Origin: Yersinia vastinensis
GTDB lineage: Bacteria > Pseudomonadota > Gammaproteobacteria > Enterobacterales > Enterobacteriaceae
DNA: 30,000 bases
Assembly (NCBI RefSeq): GCF_902726565.1
Contig: NZ_CACVAF010000013.1
Span: 23,266 to 53,265, forward strand
Direction: 5' to 3'
A program made the translations under genes and the position numbers. The notes under the pieces are model-generated. The model was not told where the DNA came from, ran no database searches, and saw only the letters and a list, made by a program, of their open reading frames with translations. This document shows positions 1 through 8,952 of the stretch, one piece after another. The stretch's first letter is position 1, and every line of letters begins with the position of its first letter.

Positions 1-30
1 CTTACAGACGAATAGCTTGGCAATAAATCG

Positions 31-465
31 TTATATCCCTTCCTCGACGGGAGTAGGTTCGCGATAGCGCCCCATCTCATCCACGAGACTGGTCAATCCT
101 CGATGCCCGCACTCAAGTGCCATAAGACGAAACTCCTGACTACTAAGACCTTCGCGTTCCAGCACCATTTCTAGCACGAGCTGCATATTGACACCGGTGA
201 TCACTTCTCGGCCCACCTTCTGCATGGCTAAAGTGGAGGCTACGCGAAAGGGAGTGCCACCGAGTAAATCCGTCAAAAAAACCAGCCCATCACGTTCATC
301 CAGATTGGCTATTGCCTCTTCAAACTGGGCAGTCAGCAGAGCGGTGGTGGAACATTCAGGAAAGTCGATGGCGATAACTTGTGGCTGTTCACCCAATATT
401 TGTTTCATCGCCTTTTCCAGCCCGGTCGCAAATCCACCGTGACCACTGAGAATAATGCTTATCAT
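31..465 (-). CDS. agaF: PTS mannose/GalNAc-family EIIA component
   Basis: 144-aa ORF starting MISIILSGHGGFATG, an N-terminus typical of mannose-class EIIA. A GAGGAG SD lies upstream of the ATG at 465. It is the last gene in a kbaZ-agaV-agaW-agaE-agaF order, and E. coli AgaF is also 144 aa. Confidence 0.9.
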   Translation of the reverse strand: MISIILSGHGGFATGLEKAMKQILGEQPQVIAIDFPECSTTALLTAQFEEAIANLDERDGLVFLTDLLGGTPFRVASTLAMQKVGREVITGVNMQLVLEMVLEREGLSSQEFRLMALECGHRGLTSLVDEMGRYREPTPVEEGI

Positions 466-480
466 ATTTTCTCCTCTGAC

Positions 481-1356
481 TTACAGAAAGTGGCCAAACT
501 TTCCGACGATACCTAAGACCACGGTAAGCCCGATAAGCCGCAGGGGGCTCCAACCGCGTCGTACCAACCAGTACATGGTGAGGGTGTACACCAGTGGAAG
601 AAAGGCGGGCATCAGTTTGTCGATAACGTCGGTTTGCAGTTTAACCACCGCGTCACCAGCAGTAATCTCAAGTGTGGTAGACAGGCGGACATACGTTGCC
701 ACCAGCGCACCAATCACCGTCATCCCAACAATGGATGCGGCATGACCTACTTTACGGGTGTTGGCTTTAATGAGTGGGATAGCCGCCACCCCCATACGGT
801 ATGCATAGTGAGCCAACCCGAAACGTAATCCAAGATGGACCACGTTAAACAGAACAATAAATACCACTGCGCCAAGGATGGATCCTTGTAGAGCTAGACT
901 AGCCCCGATGCCACCACAAATCGGTAATAAAGTTAGCCAGAACATGGCATCGCCAATACCACCAAGTGGTGCACCCACGGCGATTTTTGTACTTTGGATA
1001 CTGTTGACATCCTGTTTTGAACGCTCCATCGCCAAAATGATGCCAATGACGAACGTCACAAGGAAAGGATGAGTATTGAAAAAGCCCATATGGCCTTTCA
1101 TCGCCCGCGCTAAATCATTCTTATTGGTATGGATCTTTTTCAACGCAGGTAACAGGCCATACAGCCAACCGGATGCCTGCATACGCTCATAGTTAAATGA
1201 GGCTTGTAGCAGCATAGAGCGCCATGCCACACGGTTAATATCTTTCTTCGTCAGCTCTGCACCGATAGTTTGATCTTCATAGATATTATCATTGCCATCA
1301 ATCACTGATTTTTCCGTGACATTGATGTCTGGTAAAACGTGAGTATTAGATGCCAT
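481..1356 (-). CDS. agaE: PTS mannose/GalNAc-family EIID component
   Basis: The ORF carries the EIID signature LLQASFNYERMQASGW and several TM segments. I trimmed the track ORF (481-1422) to the ATG at 1356 (MASNTH...). That start follows GAGGAA and overlaps the agaW stop by 11 nt, which fits translational coupling. The 291-aa length fits AgaE. Confidence 0.88.
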   Translation of the reverse strand: MASNTHVLPDINVTEKSVIDGNDNIYEDQTIGAELTKKDINRVAWRSMLLQASFNYERMQASGWLYGLLPALKKIHTNKNDLARAMKGHMGFFNTHPFLVTFVIGIILAMERSKQDVNSIQSTKIAVGAPLGGIGDAMFWLTLLPICGGIGASLALQGSILGAVVFIVLFNVVHLGLRFGLAHYAYRMGVAAIPLIKANTRKVGHAASIVGMTVIGALVATYVRLSTTLEITAGDAVVKLQTDVIDKLMPAFLPLVYTLTMYWLVRRGWSPLRLIGLTVVLGIVGKFGHFL

Positions 1357-2128
1357 CTTCGAATTCCTCTTGCTCAGTACGGGAAGGCTGCTGCACCGTT
1401 GGGTCTTTACGCATAAAATCAATTAATGCCATAGCGAGCGCTGCGGCGGCAATCGCTAACACCGGTAGTTTCAGCCAAGCAGCAGCGACAAAACCAAGAA
1501 TGAAATAGGGGATATAGACGTTTTTCATCATGATTTTCAGCAACACGGCAAACCCAATGGCTGGCATGATGCCACCTGCTACGCCAAGACCATCGATCAA
1601 ACGGGCTGGCAGCACATCGATAACCGTTTTTGCATGTTCTGCGCCAAAATAGATGGGCAAAAAGGCGCACAAAAAATAGAAAGTCCCTAAGGCCAGTAAG
1701 GCGAGATAGTTAACACGCTCAATACCCGCGGTATCTGCATTTGCCGCCATTCTGTCGCAGCGTGCCATGACACCAGACATGATGGAGAACAAGAATGTGA
1801 TACCCATTTGCACCGCCACGGCGAACGGCACTGCGACCCCAACAGCGACTTCAGGTTTTACGCCCGCGGTAATGGCAAAAGCCGTTCCGACGATGGTGCC
1901 GATAATCACATTGGGCGGTTGAGCACCCGCGAGTGGGGCAAGCCCCATCCAAACCAGTTCCAGAGTCCCGCCAGTGAGAATGCCGGTGTGGAGATCACCG
2001 AGTATCAGACCAACCAGCGGCCCGAGAACCACCGGGCGGTGCATATGGGTCAGGCCATTGAACATATCCAGACCGGCAATAAAGGCCAGAATCCCCAACG
2101 CTAATGCCTGTAGTAAGCTAATTTCCAT
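1346..2128 (-). CDS. agaW: PTS mannose/GalNAc-family EIIC component
   Basis: Highly hydrophobic 260-aa protein (MEISLLQALALGILAFIAGLD...), typical of mannose-class EIIC. I trimmed the track ORF to the ATG at 2128, which sits 10 nt downstream of the agaV stop. Confidence 0.88.
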   Translation of the reverse strand: MEISLLQALALGILAFIAGLDMFNGLTHMHRPVVLGPLVGLILGDLHTGILTGGTLELVWMGLAPLAGAQPPNVIIGTIVGTAFAITAGVKPEVAVGVAVPFAVAVQMGITFLFSIMSGVMARCDRMAANADTAGIERVNYLALLALGTFYFLCAFLPIYFGAEHAKTVIDVLPARLIDGLGVAGGIMPAIGFAVLLKIMMKNVYIPYFILGFVAAAWLKLPVLAIAAAALAMALIDFMRKDPTVQQPSRTEQEEFEDGI

Positions 2129-2138
2129 AGAAAATACC

Positions 2139-2612
2139 TCAGAGGAGTTTGTAGAGATCCTGAGCCTGCTCAGTTGGCACGCCCTGAATAAAACATTCCA
2201 CCCCAGCACTTTTCAGGCCATTGAAGGCAACAATATCCTGATCATCAACAGAGACGGTTTTCGTGATTTGTTGTTTCCCTTCGGCGTAGTGCATATTGCC
2301 GACATTAATGCGCGTCACGGGAACATCGCCGTTAACCAAGGTCAGAAAGTCTTTGGGTGTCTTGCAGACCAGTAAAATTTTCTGGCGATCTGCTGCGCGA
2401 TGAATATTGTCGATAACTTTTTGCAGGGGCCAAAAGCGCACTGCAATCCCTTCAGCCAGTACCATTTCCATTAAATTTTGCTGGACCTGATCTTCGGCGA
2501 CTTCATCATTGGCAACTAAAACCAGATTCGCGCCGGTAAAACCGACCCATTGAACACCAACCTGGCCGTGAATTAGTCGCTCATCAATACGACTTAATAC
2601 AATGTTTGGCAT
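2139..2612 (-). CDS. agaV: PTS mannose/GalNAc-family EIIB component
   Basis: 157 aa. The N-terminus MPNIVLSRIDERLIHGQVGVQWV is the conserved EIIB(Man) phospho-His motif and is near-identical to my recollection of E. coli AgaV. An AAGGA SD is present. Confidence 0.92.
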   Translation of the reverse strand: MPNIVLSRIDERLIHGQVGVQWVGFTGANLVLVANDEVAEDQVQQNLMEMVLAEGIAVRFWPLQKVIDNIHRAADRQKILLVCKTPKDFLTLVNGDVPVTRINVGNMHYAEGKQQITKTVSVDDQDIVAFNGLKSAGVECFIQGVPTEQAQDLYKLL

Positions 2613-2636
2613 ATTTTATTCCTTGTTATCATTGTG

Positions 2637-3929
2637 TTAATGGGATGGCGATGTTCCCAGACAGGCAGCATGGTACTGGCGCACAACATCCTGGATATGG
2701 TCGATAATCAGTTCGTGCGGCGTTGCTGCGAGACGACCTTCACGGACCTTAACGTATTGAAGAGGCAGATACTGACTGATTAATGGCAGTGGAATCGTTT
2801 CATCCAGCAAATTTTCTATTAATCGAGAATAGGCATTGTCGATATTCTGATCGGGCCAATAGTAACGAATGCGGTCAGAATAGCTGTATCCACGTGCTAA
2901 ACGACGTGCTTCATTGTTGCCGTGATAATGATGTTTCCAGTATTCAGGTTGTTCCTGCATGACACTCTCCAATACCTCTCGCAGCCCCGAACATTGGTAG
3001 GCAGGCCGCAATTCCTGTTCGATAGCTGCCAATGAAAATAAGGCTTCACGCAGTGCAAAAGTGAGCGCAGGGCCGACTTTCAAAATAGCGAAGTGATGCT
3101 GAACGAGCTGACGTAGCGCCAGTGGAGTTTGATAATCAGTGGAGTGGGCTTCAAAAACCATAGTGTCAAATTCTGCGATCATTTGACTGAGGGCAAGAGA
3201 TTTCTCTGCTTGATAATCAATAACATGAGCATGATCGAATTCGACACCGGGTTGGACAACCAGCCCGATAATACGCGGCCATATATCGCTTAAACCCTGT
3301 TGCTCAAAAGCGTGTCGATGGGCCTCCAAGGTTGCTTTTGCCGCCTGTGGTGAGGTAACAACAAGAGTTGACAGTGTTTCGTGTGCGCCACCAGGGACGG
3401 GAACTTCAGTGCCAATGACGTAAACCAGATCAGAGGAACGATACTGCTCCTGACGGGTTTTTTCTGCTATATGGGCCAGTCTTGCGGCTCTTTCGGCAAC
3501 AATTTGATCAGTGAGTGGCACCGGGTCATCAGCACAAGACATACTGCAATCGAGGTGAATTTTCTTAAAGCCCGCCGCCACATAGTGGCGAATAAGTTCC
3601 TCTGCATGAGCCATAGCTTCTTGCGCCGGTCTGTTTTGCCAGCGATTAGGTCCAAGATGGTCTCCCCCCAAAACCAACCGATCACGAGGAAGCTGGTGGT
3701 TATCCGCCATTTGTTCAACAAAACCACGAAAGTCTGCCGGTGTCATGCCGGTATAGCCACCATACTGGTCTACTTGGTTGGAGGTCGCTTCTATTAATAA
3801 GAGGGATTGGGTCTCCTGGGCGTGGCGTATTGCCGCTTCCAAAACCAATGGGTGAGCGGAACAGACGGCAAAAATGCCACATCCGGTATCCTGTTTATGG
3901 TCAGCCACAAACTCGGTTAAATGTTTCAC
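2637..3929 (-). CDS. kbaZ: D-tagatose-1,6-bisphosphate aldolase accessory/chaperone subunit (GatZ/KbaZ family)
   Basis: 430 aa, colinear with E. coli KbaZ/AgaZ (MKHLTE..., [38 protein letters not shown]). The start codon is GTG at 3929, preceded by GAGAGGAAA. Confidence 0.92.
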   Translation of the reverse strand: MKHLTEFVADHKQDTGCGIFAVCSAHPLVLEAAIRHAQETQSLLLIEATSNQVDQYGGYTGMTPADFRGFVEQMADNHQLPRDRLVLGGDHLGPNRWQNRPAQEAMAHAEELIRHYVAAGFKKIHLDCSMSCADDPVPLTDQIVAERAARLAHIAEKTRQEQYRSSDLVYVIGTEVPVPGGAHETLSTLVVTSPQAAKATLEAHRHAFEQQGLSDIWPRIIGLVVQPGVEFDHAHVIDYQAEKSLALSQMIAEFDTMVFEAHSTDYQTPLALRQLVQHHFAILKVGPALTFALREALFSLAAIEQELRPAYQCSGLREVLESVMQEQPEYWKHHYHGNNEARRLARGYSYSDRIRYYWPDQNIDNAYSRLIENLLDETIPLPLISQYLPLQYVKVREGRLAATPHELIIDHIQDVVRQYHAACLGTSPSH

Positions 3930-3964
3930 TTTCCTCTCCGTATAATATAGTAAGGTACTTTTAT

Positions 3965-4161
3965 CTTTCGATTTGTTTCATTGATACTGCTTTATCGCTT
4001 AATAAAAACAAAACGAAAGATTATAAAATTGAGATCTGTTTCGCAAAAGAAACATAATGAAAGGATTGTGAACCTGAAAGATCGCTGTTCTTGGGCAATG
4101 TTAAGACTTGCTTTCCCGCAAAAGAAAGGTGTTAATAGACAAAGTGAAATGAAACGAAAGG
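3965..4161. promoter_or_regulatory. Divergent kbaZ/agaR control region with repeated AgaR-type operator motifs
   Basis: Repeats of the TTTCGTTT / AAACGAAA core occur at:
- 3965-3980: CTTTCGATTTGTTTCA
- 4005-4020: revcomp TCTTTCGTTTTGTTTT
- 4144-4161: revcomp CCTTTCGTTTCATTTCAC
There are also two GAAA-rich palindromes: TGTTTC-N6-GAAACA at 4038-4055 and CTTTC-N8-GAAAG at 4111-4128. The cores fit the TTTCRTTTYRTTTY core I recall for E. coli AgaR operators. Confidence 0.7.
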
Positions 4162-4179
4162 CTTTAGAAAGGATTTCCT

Positions 4180-4989
4180 ATGAGCAATACTGATTCGGCA
4201 ACGGATAAACGCATAACAGGCACCAGTGAAAGGCGTGAGCAGATCATTCAACGCCTGCGTCAACAGGGAAGTGTTCAGGTAAACGATTTATCGTCATTTT
4301 TTGGCGTTTCAACGGTAACAATCCGCAATGATCTGGCTTTTTTGGAAAAACAAGGGATTGCGGTACGTGCCTACGGCGGTGCGCTGGTGTGTGATTCAGG
4401 TACACCTGCGGTAGAACCTACGGTTGAAGATAAAAGCTCCCTTAACACATCGTTAAAACGCAGTATCGCCCGTGTTGCTGCCAATCTGATTAAGCCTGGG
4501 CACCGCGTCATTTTGGACTCAGGCACGACTACCTGTGAAATTGCGCGTCACATGCGTAATCATAAGGAGGTCATTGCGATGACAAATGGTATGAATGTCG
4601 CTAACTCGCTGCTTGATGCTGAAGGGGTGGAATTGCTGATGACAGGTGGGCATTTGCGCCGCCAGTCTCTTTCCTTCTATGGTGATCAGGCCGATCAGTC
4701 TTTGCAAAACTATCACTTCGATATGCTGTTTCTTGGGGTCGATGCCATCGACCTTGAGCGGGGGGTGAGCACGCATAATGAAGACGAAGCTCGACTCAAT
4801 CGCCGAATGTGTGAAGTTGCGGAACGTATCATCGTAGTCACTGACTCCAGCAAATTTAACCGTTCCAGCCTACATAAGATTATTGATACCCAGCGTATAC
4901 ATATGGTCATTACGGATAAAGGTATTCCTACTGAAAGCTTGAATGGCCTACGCAAAGGGGGGATTGACGTTATTCTTGTTGGAGAATAA
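4180..4989 (+). CDS. agaR: DeoR-family transcriptional repressor of the aga operon
   Basis: 269 aa with an N-terminal DeoR HTH ([42 protein letters not shown]) and a C-terminal sugar-phosphate sensor domain. It is divergent from kbaZ. An AAGGA SD lies 7 nt upstream of the ATG. Confidence 0.9.
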   Translation: MSNTDSATDKRITGTSERREQIIQRLRQQGSVQVNDLSSFFGVSTVTIRNDLAFLEKQGIAVRAYGGALVCDSGTPAVEPTVEDKSSLNTSLKRSIARVAANLIKPGHRVILDSGTTTCEIARHMRNHKEVIAMTNGMNVANSLLDAEGVELLMTGGHLRRQSLSFYGDQADQSLQNYHFDMLFLGVDAIDLERGVSTHNEDEARLNRRMCEVAERIIVVTDSSKFNRSSLHKIIDTQRIHMVITDKGIPTESLNGLRKGGIDVILVGE

Positions 4990-5055
4990 AAAGCATGTGC
5001 GCGCATAAATGTTGGGATTCACCTACCTGAGTGGCAGTGATGTGATCAACATGAG

Positions 5056-5090
5056 AAGCTCGCAATCCTCTTAGGTTTGTGAGCTTTTTA
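5056..5090 (+). terminator. Rho-independent terminator of agaR
   Basis: A 10-bp stem, AAGCTCGCAA (5056-5065) pairing with TTGTGAGCTT (5077-5086), contains one G.U pair and is followed by a T-run (TTTTTAAATTT). Confidence 0.7.
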
Positions 5091-5207
5091 AATTTAACGC
5101 GATGACCTAATAACTATCGGTTCACCTTATTGTGATAATGATCATTCCGTTAAGATAATTATAATGTTATTTAATCATTCATTCTGACTACTTTAGGGGG
5201 ATGCATT

Positions 5208-5564
5208 ATGAATAATTTAGAATTGCAGGCGCTGAGGCAGCTTTTTTTCCTAAGTTATGACGAGGCGGCAAAGTATATTGCAGGCGATAACAACACTGAC
5301 ATGTGGCAGAAATGGGAAAGGGGAGAGCAAGATATCCCACTTTCTGTAGTTGATACGCTGATGCTCATGAATGAAAAAAGAAAGCAAAGAGTTAATGCCA
5401 TTATTAAAAAGATAAATAATCGTATTGGGAATAATACTATGCGCTTTTTCCCTGATTATGCGGCATTTCATGCTGTGTATACAGAGGGGGACTTTATAGA
5501 ATGGAAAATATATCAATCTGTAGCGGCCGAACTCTATTCTCATGATCTGGAACGGTTATGTTAA
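5208..5564 (+). CDS. ydiL: YdiL / DUF1870 (Aca2-like) helix-turn-helix protein
   Basis: 118 aa, the same length as E. coli YdiL and colinear with my recollection of it (NELQALR..., KINNRIGNNTMRFFPD, WKIYQSVAAELYSHDLERLC). An AGGGGGA SD is present. Confidence 0.88.
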   Translation: MNNLELQALRQLFFLSYDEAAKYIAGDNNTDMWQKWERGEQDIPLSVVDTLMLMNEKRKQRVNAIIKKINNRIGNNTMRFFPDYAAFHAVYTEGDFIEWKIYQSVAAELYSHDLERLC

Positions 5565-6197
5565 AAATAGGTGGTTTTTTACAACTGATAAATAAAATTA
5601 CTGTGTAAAGTGAAATTATCTTGCATTAATTACACTTTGATTCTCTAGGTATATTGACAGTCTGCAGGAATTAATTATTTCATTTTACAGTATGATTTTC
5701 GTCATAAAATTGAATAATATTTTCTTCTCCTCACAAATTCAAAAATAAATATCTTGCCTATTATCACATATCAACGGCATGTTTATTTCTCCCTATTTTT
5801 CATTAAGCGTTATTACCTAGGGATTGATCCCGAATATGACACTCTTTGTGTTAAATATCCAACCATTATGTTGCTTTTATGTTGAAAAATGGATGGCAAC
5901 TATGTAGATGACATATGATTATAAGAAAAAATACTGTATTGATATGCTCCATCTATAGAAATAATCTATGAGTTACTTTCAAAAAATGAATTATTTATTG
6001 CTCGACCTGATTGTTAGTATGGAAATGAGAAAAATACCGAATTTTTAAGAATTGTTTTACTTGCCATATTGAGTCTGGTTGTCATTTTCTTACACGACAA
6101 CATTTACCGGGAAATATCTGTAGATCAGGTTTTTTAGATAACGATAGGAAAATTCCTGTAGGTTAAATTTAAAAATCCTTTTCTGGAAAAGGTTTAT

Positions 6198-7421
6198 ATG
6201 AAAAACAATTACATACCTACATCTATCGGCTTGTATATCAATTATTTGGTTCATGGTATGGGGGTCATATTGATCAGTTTGAATATGCCCCATTTACAGC
6301 AACAATGGCAAACTGATGCTGCGGGAGTATCTATTGTCATTTCTTCATTGGGAATAGGGCGGCTGAGTATTCTGCTTGTGGCAGGTATGCTGTCTGACCG
6401 CTTTGGTCGAAAACCTTTTATCTATCTGGGAATGTTTTGTTATTTAGGCTTTTTCCTCGGAGTCCTGAGTACACAAAGTATTGTCGTTGCCTATTGTTTT
6501 GGTTTTTTGGCAGGAATGGCTAACAGTTTCCTAGACTCTGGCACTTATCCATCGTTAATGGAAGCTTTCCCTAATACTCCGAGTACAGCGAATATTCTTA
6601 TTAAAGCGTTTGTCTCCGGTGGTCAATTTATTCTGCCGTTTATGATTAGTATTTTGGTGTGGTTTGATCTTTGGTTCGGTTGGTCATTTTTGATTGCTGC
6701 CAGCATTATGTTCCTCAATGCACTCTATCTGTTTAAATGCCCTTTCCCACGACATGATTCTCCTGTGAAAATAGAATCCACAACGCAAGTTACAGAAGAA
6801 CCTGAAGCATCTAAAACCTATACCTGTTCGATGCTGGATCTGGCCAGTTTCACGCTATATGGCTATATCGCAATGGCAACATTTTATCTTATCAGTCAAT
6901 GGTTGGCGCAGTATGGGCAGTTTGTGGCAGGGATGTCTTATACCTTGTCAATTAAACTGTTGAGTGTATATACCATTGGCTCTTTGCTCTGTGTTTTTAT
7001 TACGGCAGGGTTAGTTAAGAAAACTGTCAGTTCAACCACATTGTTAATGCTTTATACCTTCATCTCTTTTGTCGCGTTGTTAACGGTATGCCTATATACC
7101 ACTGTCACCACGGTATTTATCTTTTCTTTTGTCATTGGATTTTCTGCGGCAGGAGGTGTTATGCAACTCGGGCTGACATTGATGGCAATGCGCTTTCCGC
7201 AAGCGAAAGGCAAGGCTACTGCAATTTTTTATAGTGCAGGGAGTCTGGCGACATTCACTATTCCGTTGATTACCGCAAAACTTTCACAAACCAGTATTGC
7301 CAGTATTATGTGGTTTGATGTTGGCCTCGCTGCGGCAGGTTTCCTGACAGCATTATTTATTGGTTACCGGAGCAGGAAAGAGCGGGGTTATATGGTAAAA
7401 ATGAGTCAAGTTCAGGTTTGA
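6198..7421 (+). CDS. ydiM: MFS transporter YdiM
   Basis: 407 aa, roughly 12 TM segments, colinear with E. coli YdiM (NYLVHGMGV, WQT.AAGVSIVISSLGIGRLS, SDRFGRKPF, GYIAMATFYLISQWLAQYGQFVAGMSYT). The SD is weak. Confidence 0.88.
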   Translation: MKNNYIPTSIGLYINYLVHGMGVILISLNMPHLQQQWQTDAAGVSIVISSLGIGRLSILLVAGMLSDRFGRKPFIYLGMFCYLGFFLGVLSTQSIVVAYCFGFLAGMANSFLDSGTYPSLMEAFPNTPSTANILIKAFVSGGQFILPFMISILVWFDLWFGWSFLIAASIMFLNALYLFKCPFPRHDSPVKIESTTQVTEEPEASKTYTCSMLDLASFTLYGYIAMATFYLISQWLAQYGQFVAGMSYTLSIKLLSVYTIGSLLCVFITAGLVKKTVSSTTLLMLYTFISFVALLTVCLYTTVTTVFIFSFVIGFSAAGGVMQLGLTLMAMRFPQAKGKATAIFYSAGSLATFTIPLITAKLSQTSIASIMWFDVGLAAAGFLTALFIGYRSRKERGYMVKMSQVQV

Positions 7422-7433
7422 AGTAGGCAATAG

Positions 7434-7461
7434 GCTGTAGGTGGAAATTACTGCCTACAGC
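7434..7461. terminator. Hairpin between convergent ydiM and the LysR gene (possible bidirectional terminator)
   Basis: An 8-bp stem, GCTGTAGG (7434-7441) pairing with CCTACAGC (7454-7461), has a 12-nt loop. Neither side has a clear U-tract, so terminator function is uncertain. Confidence 0.4.
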
Positions 7462-7470
7462 GCGGGTGGG

Positions 7471-8373
7471 TTACTTGAACGTCATTTGTTGACATGCAGT
7501 AAAGATAAATTTCTTAAATGTTTGTGCCGCTGGCGATAATACCTGATCTTTACGGGTAGCTAGGCAAATATACCGTGTGGGGCCGGGGTCTTTGATGTGC
7601 ATAACATGAACATTAGAATGTGAAAGCGTACTGATCCGCGGCATAATTGCAATGCCGTAGTTAATACTCACTAGCCCAACCATCGCGGTATCTTCTTCGA
7701 CATAACAGGTTATTTCTGGAATCAGTTTCTTCTGCATAAACATCTTGTCAATAAACTGGCGTAATCCACTTTTTTGTGAAAAAAAGATATAGGGGTATGG
7801 AATGGTGTCCTCTAGCGCTATTTCACTTTCATTACGCAGTGCTAAGGGGTGATCACGGGACGTTACCAATACCAGTTCTTGGCTAATTAAAGGGATAAAC
7901 TCTATTTCTGGTTCTTCCGGCATATGAGAACAGAAAGCCAGATCAAACTTATCAGCTTTCAGATCGTCAATAATCGATGAAGATGTTCCCTGATAGAAGC
8001 AAAAACGTTTATTTTCATTGCCGGAGACATGGATAAACCGATCAATCAACTGAGGAACTACTGTTTCTCCCATAGTGTAAATAAAGGCCAGTCTGATGGT
8101 ATTATTTTGAGAACCACTCATTTGGCGTAGGGCAAGGCGGCCATTCTCCAATTCAAGCAGCGCATTTTCCACATAAGGTAAAAAAATTTTTCCACTCTGT
8201 GTTATTCGCACGTTTCTGCCCATTTTTTCAAACAAGGCCACGCCAAGCTCTTTTTCAAGCTCAGATATGGCATGACTTAGTGAGGGTTGGGCAATGAACA
8301 AACTCGATGCGGCTTCAGTGTAATGCTGCTTTTCGGCTAAACGCTTAAAATAATGTAATTGTTTTAAATTCAT
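7471..8373 (-). CDS. LysR-family transcriptional regulator
   Basis: 300 aa with an N-terminal LysR wHTH (MNLKQLHYFKRLAEKQHYTEAASSLFIAQPSLSHAISELEKELGVALFEK) and a C-terminal substrate-binding domain. It is divergent from ydiN-ydiB-aroD. As far as I recall, no gene sits at this position in the E. coli K-12 ydi locus. Confidence 0.88.
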   Translation of the reverse strand: MNLKQLHYFKRLAEKQHYTEAASSLFIAQPSLSHAISELEKELGVALFEKMGRNVRITQSGKIFLPYVENALLELENGRLALRQMSGSQNNTIRLAFIYTMGETVVPQLIDRFIHVSGNENKRFCFYQGTSSSIIDDLKADKFDLAFCSHMPEEPEIEFIPLISQELVLVTSRDHPLALRNESEIALEDTIPYPYIFFSQKSGLRQFIDKMFMQKKLIPEITCYVEEDTAMVGLVSINYGIAIMPRISTLSHSNVHVMHIKDPGPTRYICLATRKDQVLSPAAQTFKKFIFTACQQMTFK

Positions 8374-8952
8374 TCAGTTTCTCATCGCGGTTTATCAATT
8401 TATCTCATGTGAACATACGATAAACATTCTGCATGTACTAGGGTTACCGTCACATAATGTGCTGGTGCGCGAGAGTTATTATCTTATTAATTTAATGTCT
8501 TTGAAGGTTTGCTTTCGTAGGATGTGCAAAATTATTATGGCCTTGTGCAACATAGCATGCTCTTTTTACTATTGATGAAAACGCGCGGCGTAAATGAAGT
8601 GTTAAATAATTTAATTATAGTTTTATGGAAATCCCTATTGTTTTGTTGAGTAATTTTCTTAAATAAATTTATGGCTTAATAAATTTTAACTGCCTCACAA
8701 AATCAAACGATATTTACTCGTCGCGACGGTTTTTATTCCTCCATTCGTGTTGTGTTGGATGTGTGAAATTAAAACAAATTTTCAACAATACTCTTGTTAT
8801 TTCTGGCTAGTGGTTTGCAATAAAATTGAAAACGAAAACGTTATATTACGTATAAATAACCGTGGGTGTTATATACATTATATAGGGTTGGTAGTTTATT
8901 GATGTTTTATAAGAATATATTTAATAAAAATTAACAATAAACGGAGAAAAGC

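Noticed and set aside
1-30. Possible end of a neighbouring gene at the left window edge (frame-1 stop TAG at 13-15)
   Set aside because: Only 30 nt are available, which is not enough to support any call.
3981-4193. 70-aa Lys-rich ORF in the kbaZ-agaR spacer, plus the 105-aa ORF at 3740-4057
   Set aside because: The Lys/Arg richness simply reflects translation of the A-rich AgaR operator repeats. The ORFs overlap the kbaZ start or the agaR start and lack an SD.
5015-5050. GGGATTCAC... segment reminiscent of an ERIC/IRU repeat end
   Set aside because: Only a 9-nt resemblance from memory. The rest of the spacer does not show the long imperfect palindrome expected of ERIC elements.
5968-6048. 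26-codon ORF (MSYFQKMNYLLLDLIVSMEMRKIPNF) in the ydiL-ydiM gap
   Set aside because: There is no SD, no terminator and no other supporting signal. This is an expected chance ORF in AT-rich DNA.
6090-6293. 67-aa minus-strand ORF overlapping the ydiM start
   Set aside because: It is an AT-rich, low-complexity translation that overlaps the ydiM start codon and promoter, with no SD. It is most likely spurious.
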